Source of the DNA: Octopus sinensis
Taxonomy: Eukaryota
Length of the DNA: 64,000 bases
Reading direction: 5' to 3'
Assembly: GCF_006345805.1 (NCBI RefSeq)
Contig: NC_042999.1
Location: 75,392,001-75,456,000, forward strand
A program made the position numbers and the translations under genes. Every line of letters starts with the position of its first letter. Within the stretch, counting starts at the first letter, position 1. The notes below the pieces were generated by a model. It made no database searches. It was not told the origin of the DNA and was given only the letters and a program-made list of their open reading frames with translations. Shown here piece by piece: positions 51,166 to 64,000 of the stretch.

Positions 51166-52016
51166 TTTAATGGCTGAAATAAGTAAAAATATATGTAAGC
51201 GTGTCTCTTTGTATTGGTGTTTCTTAGTTTTTCTCTCACCACCCATCACTTGTCCACATAATGTAGCAGTTCGACAATGGCAACTAATAAAGTAAGCACC
51301 GGACTTTAAAACAAATAAGTCGGTCTGTTTAACTAAAATCCTTCAAGGTGCTCCATCCACAATCGCTGTCCAGCGACTGAAACAAGTAAAAGATAATAGA
51401 AGAGGAAGAACAGAAGGAGTAAAAAGGGGGAGAGAGAAGAAGAAGAAGAAGAAGAAGAAGAAGAAGAAGAAGAAGAAGAAGAAGAAATGCATGAGGTAGC
51501 AGAAGAAAGCCGTTGGTGAAAGAGGATAAGAAGAAGAAATAAAAAGGCAATAAAAAGGGAAAGTATTCGCAACATTCAGAGAAAAGTATTTATGCTAATA
51601 TTATTCTGCTTACGTCATTAAGTGAGAAAAGGTTTCATTTGTTTACTTGTATATTTATTTGTATATTTGTTTGTTCTGTGGAAAGCTTAGAAACGGTTTA
51701 AATAGGCCCTTTCTTTTCATTAACATTTCCAGAAGAAAGGAAACAAAAGAAAATCCTTATTAATTCTGAAGACCTCCATTCGCTGTAGCAGATCAATTGA
51801 AATACAGAAGGAAAGCTGATGCCAGTTTGCTGCCGTCATTATTATTATTTATGAGATTCTTCAGCGCTGGATACACACCTCTATCTCTATCTACCTACTT
51901 TAGCATCGCTTAGAACTTCCGGTCTCATTTATCATCATCATCCGCATTGAAAAAGTTTTTGTTACAGCCGTTGTTGAAATTCGACTTATTTCTATGCCGT
52001 TTGGTTAACATTTCTT

Positions 52017-52054
<38 letters not shown>

Positions 52055-52225
52055 TCTCTCCTCCTCTCTCCCTCTCACTCTCTTTTCTTGCCTGTTCAGT
52101 TGGTTTAGTTTTTTTTTTATTTTGCTTTAATAAGCTTTATTTTTGTTGTTGCCGAATTACTATAGAATACATTGACAAAAGGCGATAATATTTATTGGAA
52201 CATTACTTATAAATATGCATATATG

Positions 52226-52345
<120 letters not shown>

Positions 52346-52834
52346 ATGGCACATATTGTGCGTGTGTATGTGTGAATGATGTACACATAGGCGGGCGCAT
52401 ACGCACAAGCGCGCACGATTTATTCCTTTTTCTTTCATTTTAGTGATGAGTAAATTAGGATTCAACGGTAAATATGTGCTTAGATCTTCCAGAAGAAAAA
52501 AAAAAAAAGGAAACCGAAAACTACAGAGAAGTTAACAGAATGATGCTCTGATACGCTGAGAGAACGTGGAAATTAAGTCAATATGACTTGTCATAACCAG
52601 TACTATACTATATATCCTGAGATAATGCAAACTTCTATACTGAGCATAGTTTGAAAATAATCACACGCATTTTCTTATGATTTTTGTTCTTGCTTTTTTT
52701 GTTGTTGTTTCGTTATTGTTGTTGTTGTTGTTGTTCTTCTTCTTCTTGTTCTTCTTCTTCTTCTTCTTCTTCTTCTCTTCTTCTTCTTCTTCTTCTTCTT
52801 ATTATTATTATTGTTGTTGTTACTATTATTATCA

Positions 52835-53005
52835 AGGCAGCAAACTAGTAAAATGCTTAGCGTTCTGAGTTCAAATTCCGCCGTAGTCGACTTTGCCATT
52901 TCATCCTTTCGGGGTCGATGAAATAAGTACCAATTACGTACTGGGTAATGTAATCAACTTGATCCTTTCCCCAAAATTTCAGGCCTTGTGCCTATAGTAG
53001 AAAGG

Positions 53006-53008
<3 letters not shown>
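52835..53008 (+). mobile_element. SINE family B
   Basis: aaatgcttagcgttctgagttcaaattccgcc...caggccttgtgcctatagtagaaagg plus (ATT)n tail. Confidence 0.82.
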
Positions 53009-53064
<56 letters not shown>

Positions 53065-53069
53065 TTTTT

Positions 53070-53795
53070 AATCTGCATTCTTGTTACGATCACTTGCCGA
53101 GACACACCCAGCAACCTTGGGCGAGTGAAGGAAAGAGATGTTACAGTATGACTGAAAGCTTGGAGAGAGGAAGTAGCAAGGGGAGTGGCGAAATATCTTC
53201 ATGTAATACAACACAGTCATTCAAATTAATAGGGTTTTCTTAAGAATGTGGGTAGTTCTTGTCAGCACAATCGTTTGGATTTCTCTGAGACATGGTTCTC
53301 CTGGGATATTATCTAGATGTTTCTGATATACAGTTTTTATCATGCCTAGGACATTCACAATAACGGGAACTTGCTTTAAGATGTCACATCTTTTGTATTT
53401 CAATTTCCAAGTACTTATGTTTATTTAATAAGTCAAATTCCTTTACAGATGTATTTTTATCACTTACATTTATTAGTCTACAAGTATTTTCTTCCTTGTT
53501 GTTAATGACTATGTCTGGTCGATTAGCCTGGATCGTTCTATCAGTGTTGACTGGAAAATCTCAGAGGATAGTGACATTTTTACATTCAACGACTGGCTCA
53601 GGATGATATTCATACCAGTAAGCAGGAATCTGATTTTGTAATGTTTACGTATTTTCCAATGTAAATACTATCCTACACTATTGTGGCGGTTTTTATATTC
53701 GCTTGGTGTCAGCACAGGACATCCCGAGACCAAATGGTCTATTGTTTCGTCAAATGTATCGCAGGATCTTCATTTTAGGGCCAGAACCGTTTTGA

Positions 53796-53796
<1 letters not shown>
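53070..53796 (-). mobile_element. 5'-truncated R4/Dong-type LINE, same subfamily as 49290-50290, inverted
   Basis: Starts TTCAAAACGGTTCTG (same as about 49600). Shares the 3' UTR ctctccaagctttcagtcatactgtaacatctct. (TTA)n lies on both sides (about 53008-53060 and from 53797). Confidence 0.88.
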
Positions 53797-53844
<48 letters not shown>

Positions 53845-54068
53845 TATTATTATCATCATCATCATCATCGTCGTCGTCGTCGTCGTCATCATCATCATCA
53901 TTAATATTGCCTTTGCACAGCTTCTAACACTGGAGATGTACTACGGTGTCAGCTGTTACCAGTGAACTAAGGTAACACCCCCTATTTTTCGAGCACTTTC
54001 CGGAGTATTCGAGCGGATCCAATCAGTGCTGTTTTCTGCAAGTGCTCCATCCTTATTGCAGCCCCTAT

Positions 54069-54132
<64 letters not shown>

Positions 54133-54149
54133 TATTATTATTATTATTA

Positions 54150-54205
<56 letters not shown>

Positions 54206-54207
<2 letters not shown>

Positions 54208-54650
54208 GGCGGTGAGCAGGCAGAATCGTTGCACGCTTGGCAAAATGCTTGGCGACATTTCGTCCGTCTTATCGTTCTGAGTTCAAGTCCCGCCGAGGGT
54301 GATTTGCCTTTCATCCTTTCGGGGTCGATATATCAAGAACCGGTTAAATACTGGGGCGATATAATCGACTAGTACCCTCCCGCAAAATTTCAGGCCTTGT
54401 GCCTATAGTAGAAAGGATTATTATTATTATGAGGGCAGTGTCCTGGCAGAATCGTTACTACGCCGGGCGAAATGCTTAGCGCATTTCATTCGACTTTAAG
54501 TTCTGAAGTAAAATGCCACTAGAGTCGACTTTACCTTTTATCCTTTCGGGTCGATAAAATAAGTACCAGTTGAGTATCGAGGTTGATGAAAACGACTTAT
54601 CCACTCACCGAAACTGCTATCTTTGTGCCAAAAGCTTGAAACCATTATTA
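54206..54650 (+). mobile_element. Two tandem SINE family B copies (about 54206-54420 and 54432-54650)
   Basis: Two successive heads ggcagaatcgtt, each followed by the ttcatcctttcggggtcgat-type body. Confidence 0.82.
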
Positions 54651-56524
54651 ATATTATGGTGAAGGCCACAAGGAATAGTTTTTACAACCCAGGTGGAACA
54701 TTTATCACAATCAAATCTGTTCGAGGACTTCATTACTTCTGTACAGTTTTCTTCAACCGTAATACATTACGAAGTATTGATGGACGTGAGGTTATGGCAG
54801 AAGATAGTCATCCAAGGTACCATGCAATTATGCAGAACCAGGAACTGCGCGAATACAACACGAACCCCTCAAGCAAGCAGGCACACTTGACAGAAGAAAC
54901 CTCTGATTAAAAGGCCTGCAAGCCGTGTGTTTTGGTCTTTCGGCCACTGTCAATCTAGGACTTTGTTATCTAATCTTCCGTTTACCTAGTCAGACAAAAG
55001 GGTAAGATTTGGTAAAGATTTGCTACATTTTATTGCAAATCAAGGGAATTCGTAGAGATAACCCTCGTTAACTTACGATTTTGCTTTTCAATAACGGCCC
55101 TCCCTAAATGTTTAGATTTTAAGCCATGCATTTGTGCTTGTTCTGTTTGCACCGTATTCATTTTTAATCGGGCAAATAAGAGGACCTATACATTGCCGAT
55201 CTACCTATTAAAAACGATAACTATGTCTCCCTCTAAATCACAACCTACTTTCTTACGAAAAGATGGAAAAGAGAGTGAATGTCATGTCTGAAACGCTCTT
55301 CATGCTTGCAAATATTCACACACCCATCCATCCACCCATCCATCAGCTCATTGCTATATATGTATGTGTGTGCGCGCGCAGGCGCAGAGACGCGCAGGCG
55401 TGTGTAATGTATGCATAATTTTACCAGCGTTTGCTATATTTGAGTGCCCAACTCTCTGTTGAAAATGTGATAGTAATTAGGCAAGAGAAACATTAGGTTA
55501 AATTTAACGAAAGCATGTTTAATGAACGATTTAGTCATTATACACGCCTTCATTTTTATGTATTATGCCAACGAAATGTCACCCTGGTAGATTTCCAACA
55601 GTTTCCATATAGATGTGTATTGCTGAACATCGAGATTATAGCAGGTAGAGAAGTGAGGGTAATTGATTTGGAGTGACTCACCTGTAAAATCGAACCTGTA
55701 TTTTATTTGTAGCTTGCTATCAATTCACAGCTCAAGCAAGCTTATCAATGAAAATAACTGAAGCCATTGAGAAAGAGGTAAAAGCGCCATTCACCAAGTC
55801 AAGACGCAATATGTTTGCATTTCCTGATCGAGATTACTTTATTTCACTTATATCAGTCATATCTTTGCCAAATGTACAAGAATCACAGTTCATATTTCTT
55901 GTTTTTATTCATTCATTACCTTGCATTTATATCAGAAATACTAGTTTGTTTATAATTTGACTTGGGGCTGGATTAGTCATAAAGACAGCGAATGAGCTAT
56001 CCGTGGAGGTGGTCGTTGTTCACATTCACCACGTCGATAATAACAATATTTCACTTTCAAAGGCCCACAGGCTGGCAACAGTAAATAATGTCATCGCAAG
56101 ATTACGGTCCACTGATCCCAAACTACGGTATAGATGTCACATAATTCAAAAGATACTGCGTTGTTAACTGGGAGAAACTTGAGTTTGTTGAGATTCTGAT
56201 AAAAGATGGAATTTCTCTTTCAATTGCAATGCACTTAGCAATATAGTATAACGTCTGACATGGGACCAAGTCTGCAGAATCTATTTAAACATTTAGAACC
56301 CTTAATATAGTAAAATGTCTTCGAGGAAACATTGACAGAATCTTCAAAGTCCTAATGCAGAACGGTAGAAAAAACAATCTCATCTATCAGATATTCTTTT
56401 AACTGAACTTTCCGCAAAGTCACAAGAGGGTTATGGCGATTGAAGGTTTCTGATAATACGTTAATAAAACATTTTAGTAGTTGATATTTAAAGTGTATCA
56501 ACTGGTATTTTATGAATATTAGTT

Positions 56525-57020
<496 letters not shown>

Positions 57021-57499
57021 TTAACAAATAAATGGATGGCTAAACTAACGATCTGTATCAAGCTATCTCATGTATGCACACAGATACATATAAATCGGAC
57101 TCTTGAAATAATTTACGTCTTATCTTATTCCTGCAAAATATCGTTCCAAGAAACACTGCAGGGAGTAATCTTTTCATATATCCGTTTACCTGTATAGTAT
57201 TTCATTTACTTGTTAATTCTTCAATTGTTCGGTTGTAGAGTAGACGACATATGTTGCGGAACAAATCGTACGCTCCAAACGCTAAGACCTACCCTGGGTT
57301 GACAAAACTGTTTTCGTTCCTACATCACTAGGAGTTTCATACCCTCTATTGCTACCCTTGCTACCCATATGTATACATGTATGTGTGTGCGTATGTATAT
57401 ATGTACATATATGTGTATATATTTACATGTATGTGTTTATATGTACGTATGTGTATGTATATATATATATATATATATGTATGTATATATATATATATT

Positions 57500-57534
<35 letters not shown>

Positions 57535-58191
57535 GCGCGCACTTCACGTACATACTTACCTAGATGCATAACTATATGTCTCTCTCTGTATGTGCGTGAG
57601 AGAAAGAGAGAGAGGGGGTGGGAGAGAGAGAGGGGGGAATGGGAGAGAGAGACAGAGAAGGAGAGAGATTCATCGTTAAAGGTAATTTTGATATCATACG
57701 CACCAGTGCATAGGGCGTGTGAATAGACGACAAACAGAAGAATTGTCATATAAACAATATACTAGACTGCTTACATCAAAGGTTAGCATCAGTCATTTAT
57801 GAATGTGCAGGAGAGCTGGGGGGTGGTGGTGGATGGAATAACCGTGTGAGGAAGAAATATAAAAAATAGTGAACTTATGTCAAAAAAATATAACAAAATA
57901 TAACAAACGACAGTTTTGTTATTTCTAGACAATACATTAAACACACACACATACATACATACGTACAACAAACGTATATACATACATACATACAAACATG
58001 CATTATTTGCGTGTGTGTGTGTGCGTGTGTAGCTTTGTTTTCTTTTATCTTTTACTAGCTTCAGCTAAGGCCTATGGCCGGCCATGCTGGGGCAACACCA
58101 TATACACACACACATATATATATACACACAAATACATACATCCATATGTACACGTATACGCATGCATATATGTATGTAGATATATATATAC

Positions 58192-58271
<80 letters not shown>

Positions 58272-58412
58272 CATATATATGCATATATATATTTACATAC
58301 ATATGCATATATATATATACATATGCGTGTATATATATATGTATATATATATATCCATATATGTATATATACATATGTATATATATATAGGTATATATAT
58401 ATTTATATATAT

Positions 58413-58443
<31 letters not shown>

Positions 58444-58444
58444 T

Positions 58445-58505
<61 letters not shown>

Positions 58506-58701
58506 GGCACATCATGTATACACTCATACACACGTATATTAAAATGCCTTTGACGGTATAATAGAAACACAATGACGTAAATAACACAATCGTTTGCATA
58601 TACTGCACGTGTCGTTTTGTGTATGAACGTATGTCTATCTATGTATGTATCTGACTATTTATATCCCTATCTATATAATTGTGCATGTATGTGCGTGTGT
58701 A

Positions 58702-58740
<39 letters not shown>

Positions 58741-58953
58741 TCATACACACACACACGCACATATATATATACACATACACATGTATATTCATATATATAT
58801 ACACACACACAAGCATACATACATAGTTACACACACACACACACATACACGCACATATATATATATGCATACATATATAAAGTAGCAGGAGCCGTATGAG
58901 ATTTATGTTATAAAAATGTGGAAAACTGTGGAGCGTGATGCACACACAAGCGC

Positions 58954-58999
<46 letters not shown>

Positions 59000-59782
59000 C
59001 ACACACACACACACACTCACACACACACACTTTCTCTCTCTCTCTCTCTTTCACTCACTCATAAGCACTCTCTCCCACACACACATGGACTCACTCGCAT
59101 GCACACATACACCTTTATACAAACACATACGCACTCATACATATAGTGGTACATTATACATATACAGTAAGATAGAGGGGCTGTGAGAGTGATAGAGGTA
59201 ATAGGGAGGGAGAAGAGGTGAGAAGGTGAGGTCGTCAGTGTGACAAATGATGGAGGAAGAGATGTATACACATCATCAATCATGTCCCTAAACATAAGTG
59301 GGCGAAAGAGAGTGAGAAAGAGAAAGATTAATAGATGGATGACAGTAGAGAGAGAAAGAGAGAGAGAGAGAGAATAATGGGTATTGTAACATTTGCATAT
59401 ATTTGTCTCCATTTTCCCATTATTTCTCCCATTATAAATTCAACCGTGGAAAGAGTTATTCTATGGAACATCCTTCATTCTTTTACCGGAAGTGATCCAG
59501 TGTACAGCGGAAACCAAGGTCAGTTATATAAAATTACATAAAAAAAACTGCACCAGCATCGCCGTTTTCACTACGACCGCTCGACTATAACCGTCGCAGA
59601 ACACCGAAGACATTTCCATGACACATTTCCACAACTAACACACCATTACTAACATATTTCTACGACCACTAAACTTTATCTATACAAATATCACTGACTT
59701 GTACAACGGCACTACACTGTTACCTATACAAATAAAAACCCACTCATTTCCACGACCACAATACCATTACCTATACAAACAT

Positions 59783-60070
59783 GTGTGAAAGCGCATAGCT
59801 CAGTGGTTAGAGCATTGGGCTTATGGTCGTGAGCTTGAGAGTTCGATTCGCGGACCGAGTGTGTTGTGTGTTGTGTGAGCAAGACACTTTATCTCCAGTT
59901 CACTCAGTTGCAGAAATGAGTTGCGACGTCATTTGTGACAAGCTGTATCGGTCTTTGGGGTAACTGGTATGCATGGGTAACTGCTGGTCTTTCACAAACG
60001 ACTCTACTCGGAAGGAAACTTTCTGGGTTCAATTTCATGGTCATTCGTGACCGAAGGGCTCTTTATACAA
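59783..60070 (+). mobile_element. tRNA-derived SINE, family D-like head
   Basis: gcgcatagctcagtggttagagc (A box) ... gagttcgattcgc (B box); the body continues beyond tRNA length. Confidence 0.75.
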
Positions 60071-60699
60071 ACATGCACACCTTTACAATGTTTCATACCA
60101 GCATCAAGAATTGTACTTAATTTATAAGCATTACCGAACTCTACTGTGACTTAGTTCCGCACACTCAACAAAATCATTATAGCTATTATCACCATTAGAA
60201 AAATTAATCTCTATCATTACCATTTTATCAACATTGCCACCACCGACAATATCAACATTACTAAACACGAGTCGATGAGGCAGTCCACTACGTGATCGCC
60301 TAGAATTCACATCCAACCGCCAAAAAATCGTCAAATCTCTTCCAACTGTCATAAAGTGAAGGAGATATGTATATCCAGCCTCGACTACATTATAGGTTAA
60401 CGAAAGACTTGTCATCTCGACTTAAATGCCTTTGATCATAGGTTTCCTCAACCAGAGCAGTCCTGGGGGAAAGTAATATAACAATGCATTACGAAACAAA
60501 AACAAAACTACTGCTTATGTCATTTTGAAGTTAAACAGCTAGATCCAATACCAAACTGAAACTGCAGCCAGCTCACCATTACTTTTGATACCAACAGTTT
60601 TTAGCAGAAACAATCGTATCTAAGTTATCACATCACTACCGTCTCCATTAACACAACTATGACCATTCATCACCAGAAACAATCCCTATACACCTCTTT

Positions 60700-61330
60700 T
60701 GAACTTGAATCTATATGATAGGTTCATAAAACAGATACACAGCTTTATGTGCTGATATCATCAATCAAGTGTTGTACTGTCCCTAGAATGCCGCTGAACA
60801 ACTATTTCTGTATTTCATGAACCATCTAAAAAATGTGTCCTCTAACAACCGGACGGAAATTAGCATCTACCAAATCTACCACTCCCTCTTTACAGGCAGC
60901 ACACGGGAACATCAAATGCGAGCGACCATCACACTCAACAACATAAATATACATTAAACACAAAGCAAAATATATTATTTACGATAACTCTACAATATTT
61001 ACATAACACATAGAAACCATAGAACTGAAAGCAAAACGATGCTTTGGAGCCCTCTCAAAGCTTGCCCCACTCTTATCTGCATTCTTTTCATAACAAACCT
61101 ATAAAGGATATAAAATAACTCATTTTGCTTGATTATAGATCGCAATCACAATGAAGCAAAAGTACTGAAACATAAAAGACCGATTGATACACAGTTATTA
61201 TTGCAGGAATCTCCAGCCCAATCATTACTTAAATTATCCCATCATGAAAGCACAGCAACACCCTATAAATATTGTAAAATGCCCCTACTAGAAGAAAAAC
61301 TATCGATCACCACCAATCCAGGCACATACA
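60700..61330 (+). mobile_element. Very decayed APE-LINE RT C-terminal remnant (I/Jockey-like)
   Basis: Only short peptides such as TITLNNINI and the order of RT-thumb-like segments are recognisable. Confidence 0.35.
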
Positions 61331-61345
61331 GGCGTGCGCAAAAAG

Positions 61346-62364
61346 AGTAACAGCTTCAATGAACTGACTTTCCTCAGACACTATGTTGGGGTGCACTTCT
61401 TCAATGGTAAGCGGAGGTATAACAACTGTTGTGTACAAAGCGAGCCTACCTGGTTCATTTCTGCTATGGTCAACAACAGTATAACAGAACAGAATGGATA
61501 TTGAATAATAAAGCTACATGCCTTGCATCCCGAAGAGAGTGGATCAGCAAGTCACTCTGAATCATTCGACTGATAGCTTCATGTCATATATTTACTTGAT
61601 CAGAGCTGACCTGGATCCAAATGGCAATATCAGCAACATCATCATATACTTTAGTAACTGCTCTTAACATGCTACCATCATAAAACCAGTGTACTGTTAC
61701 CAAAACCCTGATAAGGACAACCACCAACATCACTATCACTACTACTATCATCGACTATTGAGAATACAACAATTGTCCCTCACTGTAGCCAAACCCACAA
61801 CAAGAACAATCGATCATAATCAGCCAACTAAAACTTTCTTCAGAATGACAAGGTCAATGACCAAACTATCAATTAATAACAATAGCATAAACCCATTAAG
61901 AGCAATCCAAGCCTCCATTCCTCAAATTCTCTTACAAATCCTTCCACAAAATTTTTAGAAATATCTTATTACTGGTATTATGTTATCTTGAAAAATAGAG
62001 GTACATCAGAAATTAAACCACATTGGAATGAAATGCGTCAAGTGTTTGGTTTCATTCTTATACGTTCTGAGTTTAAATCCCATTGGTTTGAAGACTACTT
62101 TTATCAGTTTGGACTTCATAAAAATATATTCAAATTTAAGTCTTTCATTTGCACTAACTGAACAGAGATTTTTATGTATCAAGAACGTGATTCAATGTTT
62201 CCTACGTTTCTTAAGAAACGTGCCAGTAACAGCTTCAATGAACTGACTTTCCTCAGACACTATATTGGGATGCACTTCTTCAATGGTAAGCGGAGGTATA
62301 ACAACTGTTATGTACTAAGCGAGCCTACCTAGTTCATTTCTGCTATGGTCAACAGCAATATAAC
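61346..62364. repeat. 140-bp direct repeat pair (61346-61485 and 62225-62364)
   Basis: About 8 substitutions and no indels between copies; 879-bp offset. Confidence 0.93.
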
Positions 62365-63152
62365 GTAATATAAGTGGTTATCAAGCATAAAGTAGCCAAA
62401 ATGCTGTGCTCTGTCATGTGCTCTGATTATATCATTCAACTACGGCAGTAGTTGAATGATATTAAGGCCGCAATTTACTCACACGCAGTATTTTTCAGAG
62501 CTTGTCGCTCATTCAGTTCTTAACTAAACTGAAAACTGTTATAATTTTTGAAAAGAACCGGTCCCTAGCTATATTTTGGCAAAACAATTTGAGATTTTAT
62601 CCAGTAGAAAAAATCTGTAGCAACGTTATAGGAGAGTAGGTAACACCACCAATCAAGTTTAGATCTAAATAAAAAATTTTTATTTCAAAAGCAAAATATA
62701 TTTATCTTAGCTTCAGTGATAGAAGAAAGCATGAAGAATTTTAAAGTTTTGATCACATGCAACAAAAATTTGTATCAAAAAAGTTGCGAGGTACTATATC
62801 ATGAAAAAATATAAGTAAGGCAAAAAATTGGATTTAAGTAGAATTAACTATTTTAATTTAAAAACAAACTATATTTTAATTAAGCTTAAATGATAGAACT
62901 CAATTCGTGGAATTTCATGTTATCAATCTCATGCAATAAAGTTCTAAAAGAAAAAACTTATGAGTGTTTGTTTCTCAAATTTGAGGGTGATTATATAGTT
63001 CTATACTTTTTTTATGAATATAGTTCTGTAACAGGACTTTTAATATGTCACCGGCGTCATTGAGGTAAAGAAAAAATTATCAACGACATCGCTAATTGAC
63101 ACATTTGACATATTATTAATTAGCATAATAGCATAGCCTGGAAAAATCATGG

Positions 63153-63794
63153 ATTACATGGAAAAATGCGAGCAAGAGAAATAACATTCTTAAGATTATA
63201 AACCTGGAAAATTACAGGACAAGTTATTACACTTGGAAAAGTTCAGGACAACTTATTACATCTGGTAAAGTACAGAACAAGAAAATTTTTACCTAAAATA
63301 TTGCAGCTAAGGATAAAATTTCAAATAAAATATTTAGATTTAGAAAATATTACCTTTTATTACAACTAAACATTTTATTACAAGTTATTACTTCTATTTG
63401 TTATTATTTGTTACTTTTACTAAAAATAAAAAATAACTCAAAATATTTTTTACACTTTAAAAAATTCATATTTTAAATTATTAATTAATAATTAGAAGTT
63501 TTGAAAATAGGTTATAAAAATAATAGTAGTACATAATTAGTTAGCACAATAAATAGAATAATACAAAAAATAGTTATATATTACACTCAAATCTACCTAT
63601 AACAACAAATTCACAGTAAAATTTGCTTGAATTATTGCCCGTTCAAATTTTATCCTTAGCTGCAATATTTTAAGTAAAAAAAAAGTATTATTCTGTACTT
63701 TACCAGATGTAATAAATTGTCCTCAAGTTTTGCAATTTTCCAGGTGTATAATCTTAAGAATATTCTTTCTCTTGCTCGCATTTTCCCATGTAAT
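63153..63794. mobile_element. Foldback/MITE-like element with long TIRs
   Basis: Arms 63153-63324 and 63642-63794 are reverse complements. The left arm has an internal tandem subrepeat (ggaaaattacaggacaagttattaca / ggaaaagttcaggacaacttattaca). About 315-bp very AT-rich spacer. Confidence 0.8.
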
Positions 63795-63856
63795 ATATGT
63801 GTGTGTGTGTGTGTACGTATGTATATACTAAAGCAACAGCTCTGTTTCCTTTAATT

Positions 63857-64000
63857 GTGGATGTGATATATCTCGACTTTGCCAAGCCTTCGATAAAGTT
63901 AGTTATGGAATGATATCCTCTTAATTGTGTGACTTCGGCATTCTTGGAAAATCAACGAGTGTTTATTTTTGTATCATTTTAAAACGTAGAAGTCAGTCAG
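63857..64000 (+). mobile_element. CR1/L2-type LINE RT fragment running off the window
   Basis: VDVIYLDFA(frameshift)AFDKV...DFGILGK resembles the CR1/L2 RT motif VDVIYLDFAKAFDKVDH. Confidence 0.78.

Noticed and set aside
54623-54910. Overlapping plus-strand ORFs (95 and 65 aa) in GC-richer unique-looking sequence
   Set aside because: No recognisable domain; not the Nkx2-2 first exon (wrong strand, no TN motif).
59783-59860. tRNA-like sequence (also at 4060-4135 and 26580-26658)
   Set aside because: A and B boxes are present, but no complete cloverleaf and the sequence continues into SINE bodies; not tRNA genes.

Overview
AT-rich eukaryotic genomic DNA saturated with microsatellites ((AT)n, (AAT)n, (AG)n, (GATA)n, (TACA)n, (AC)n). 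The repeat landscape and tRNA-derived SINE families fit an octopod cephalopod best; this is inferred from recognition, not a database search. The only host gene I can support is the homeobox-bearing last coding exon of an Nkx2-2/vnd orthologue (minus strand, 36966-37897). I could not find its TN-domain first exon in the 26 kb upstream. The rest is a dense mobile-element assemblage: L1/Tx1-type LINEs (one near full length), at least six R4/Dong-type restriction-like-endonuclease LINE pieces, two Penelope-like elements (PLEs) with hammerhead ribozyme motifs, a non-autonomous Helitron carrying a LINE ORF1 fragment, Chapaev3-like and mariner transposon relics, MITEs/foldbacks and about 18 SINEs. 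Most notable signals: (i) each retroelement class sits in its own microsatellite type (Tx1 in (TC)n, Dong in (TAA)n, PLE in (AT)n); (ii) a gap-free head-to-head Tx1/Dong chimera inside one (AAT)n array in the Nkx2-2 intron; (iii) a well-folding minimal type I hammerhead with a U3-A8 covariant core, plus a short dispersed hammerhead-like repeat family. Coordinates of decayed elements are approximate (tens of bp). Most short ORFs in the track are microsatellite artefacts.
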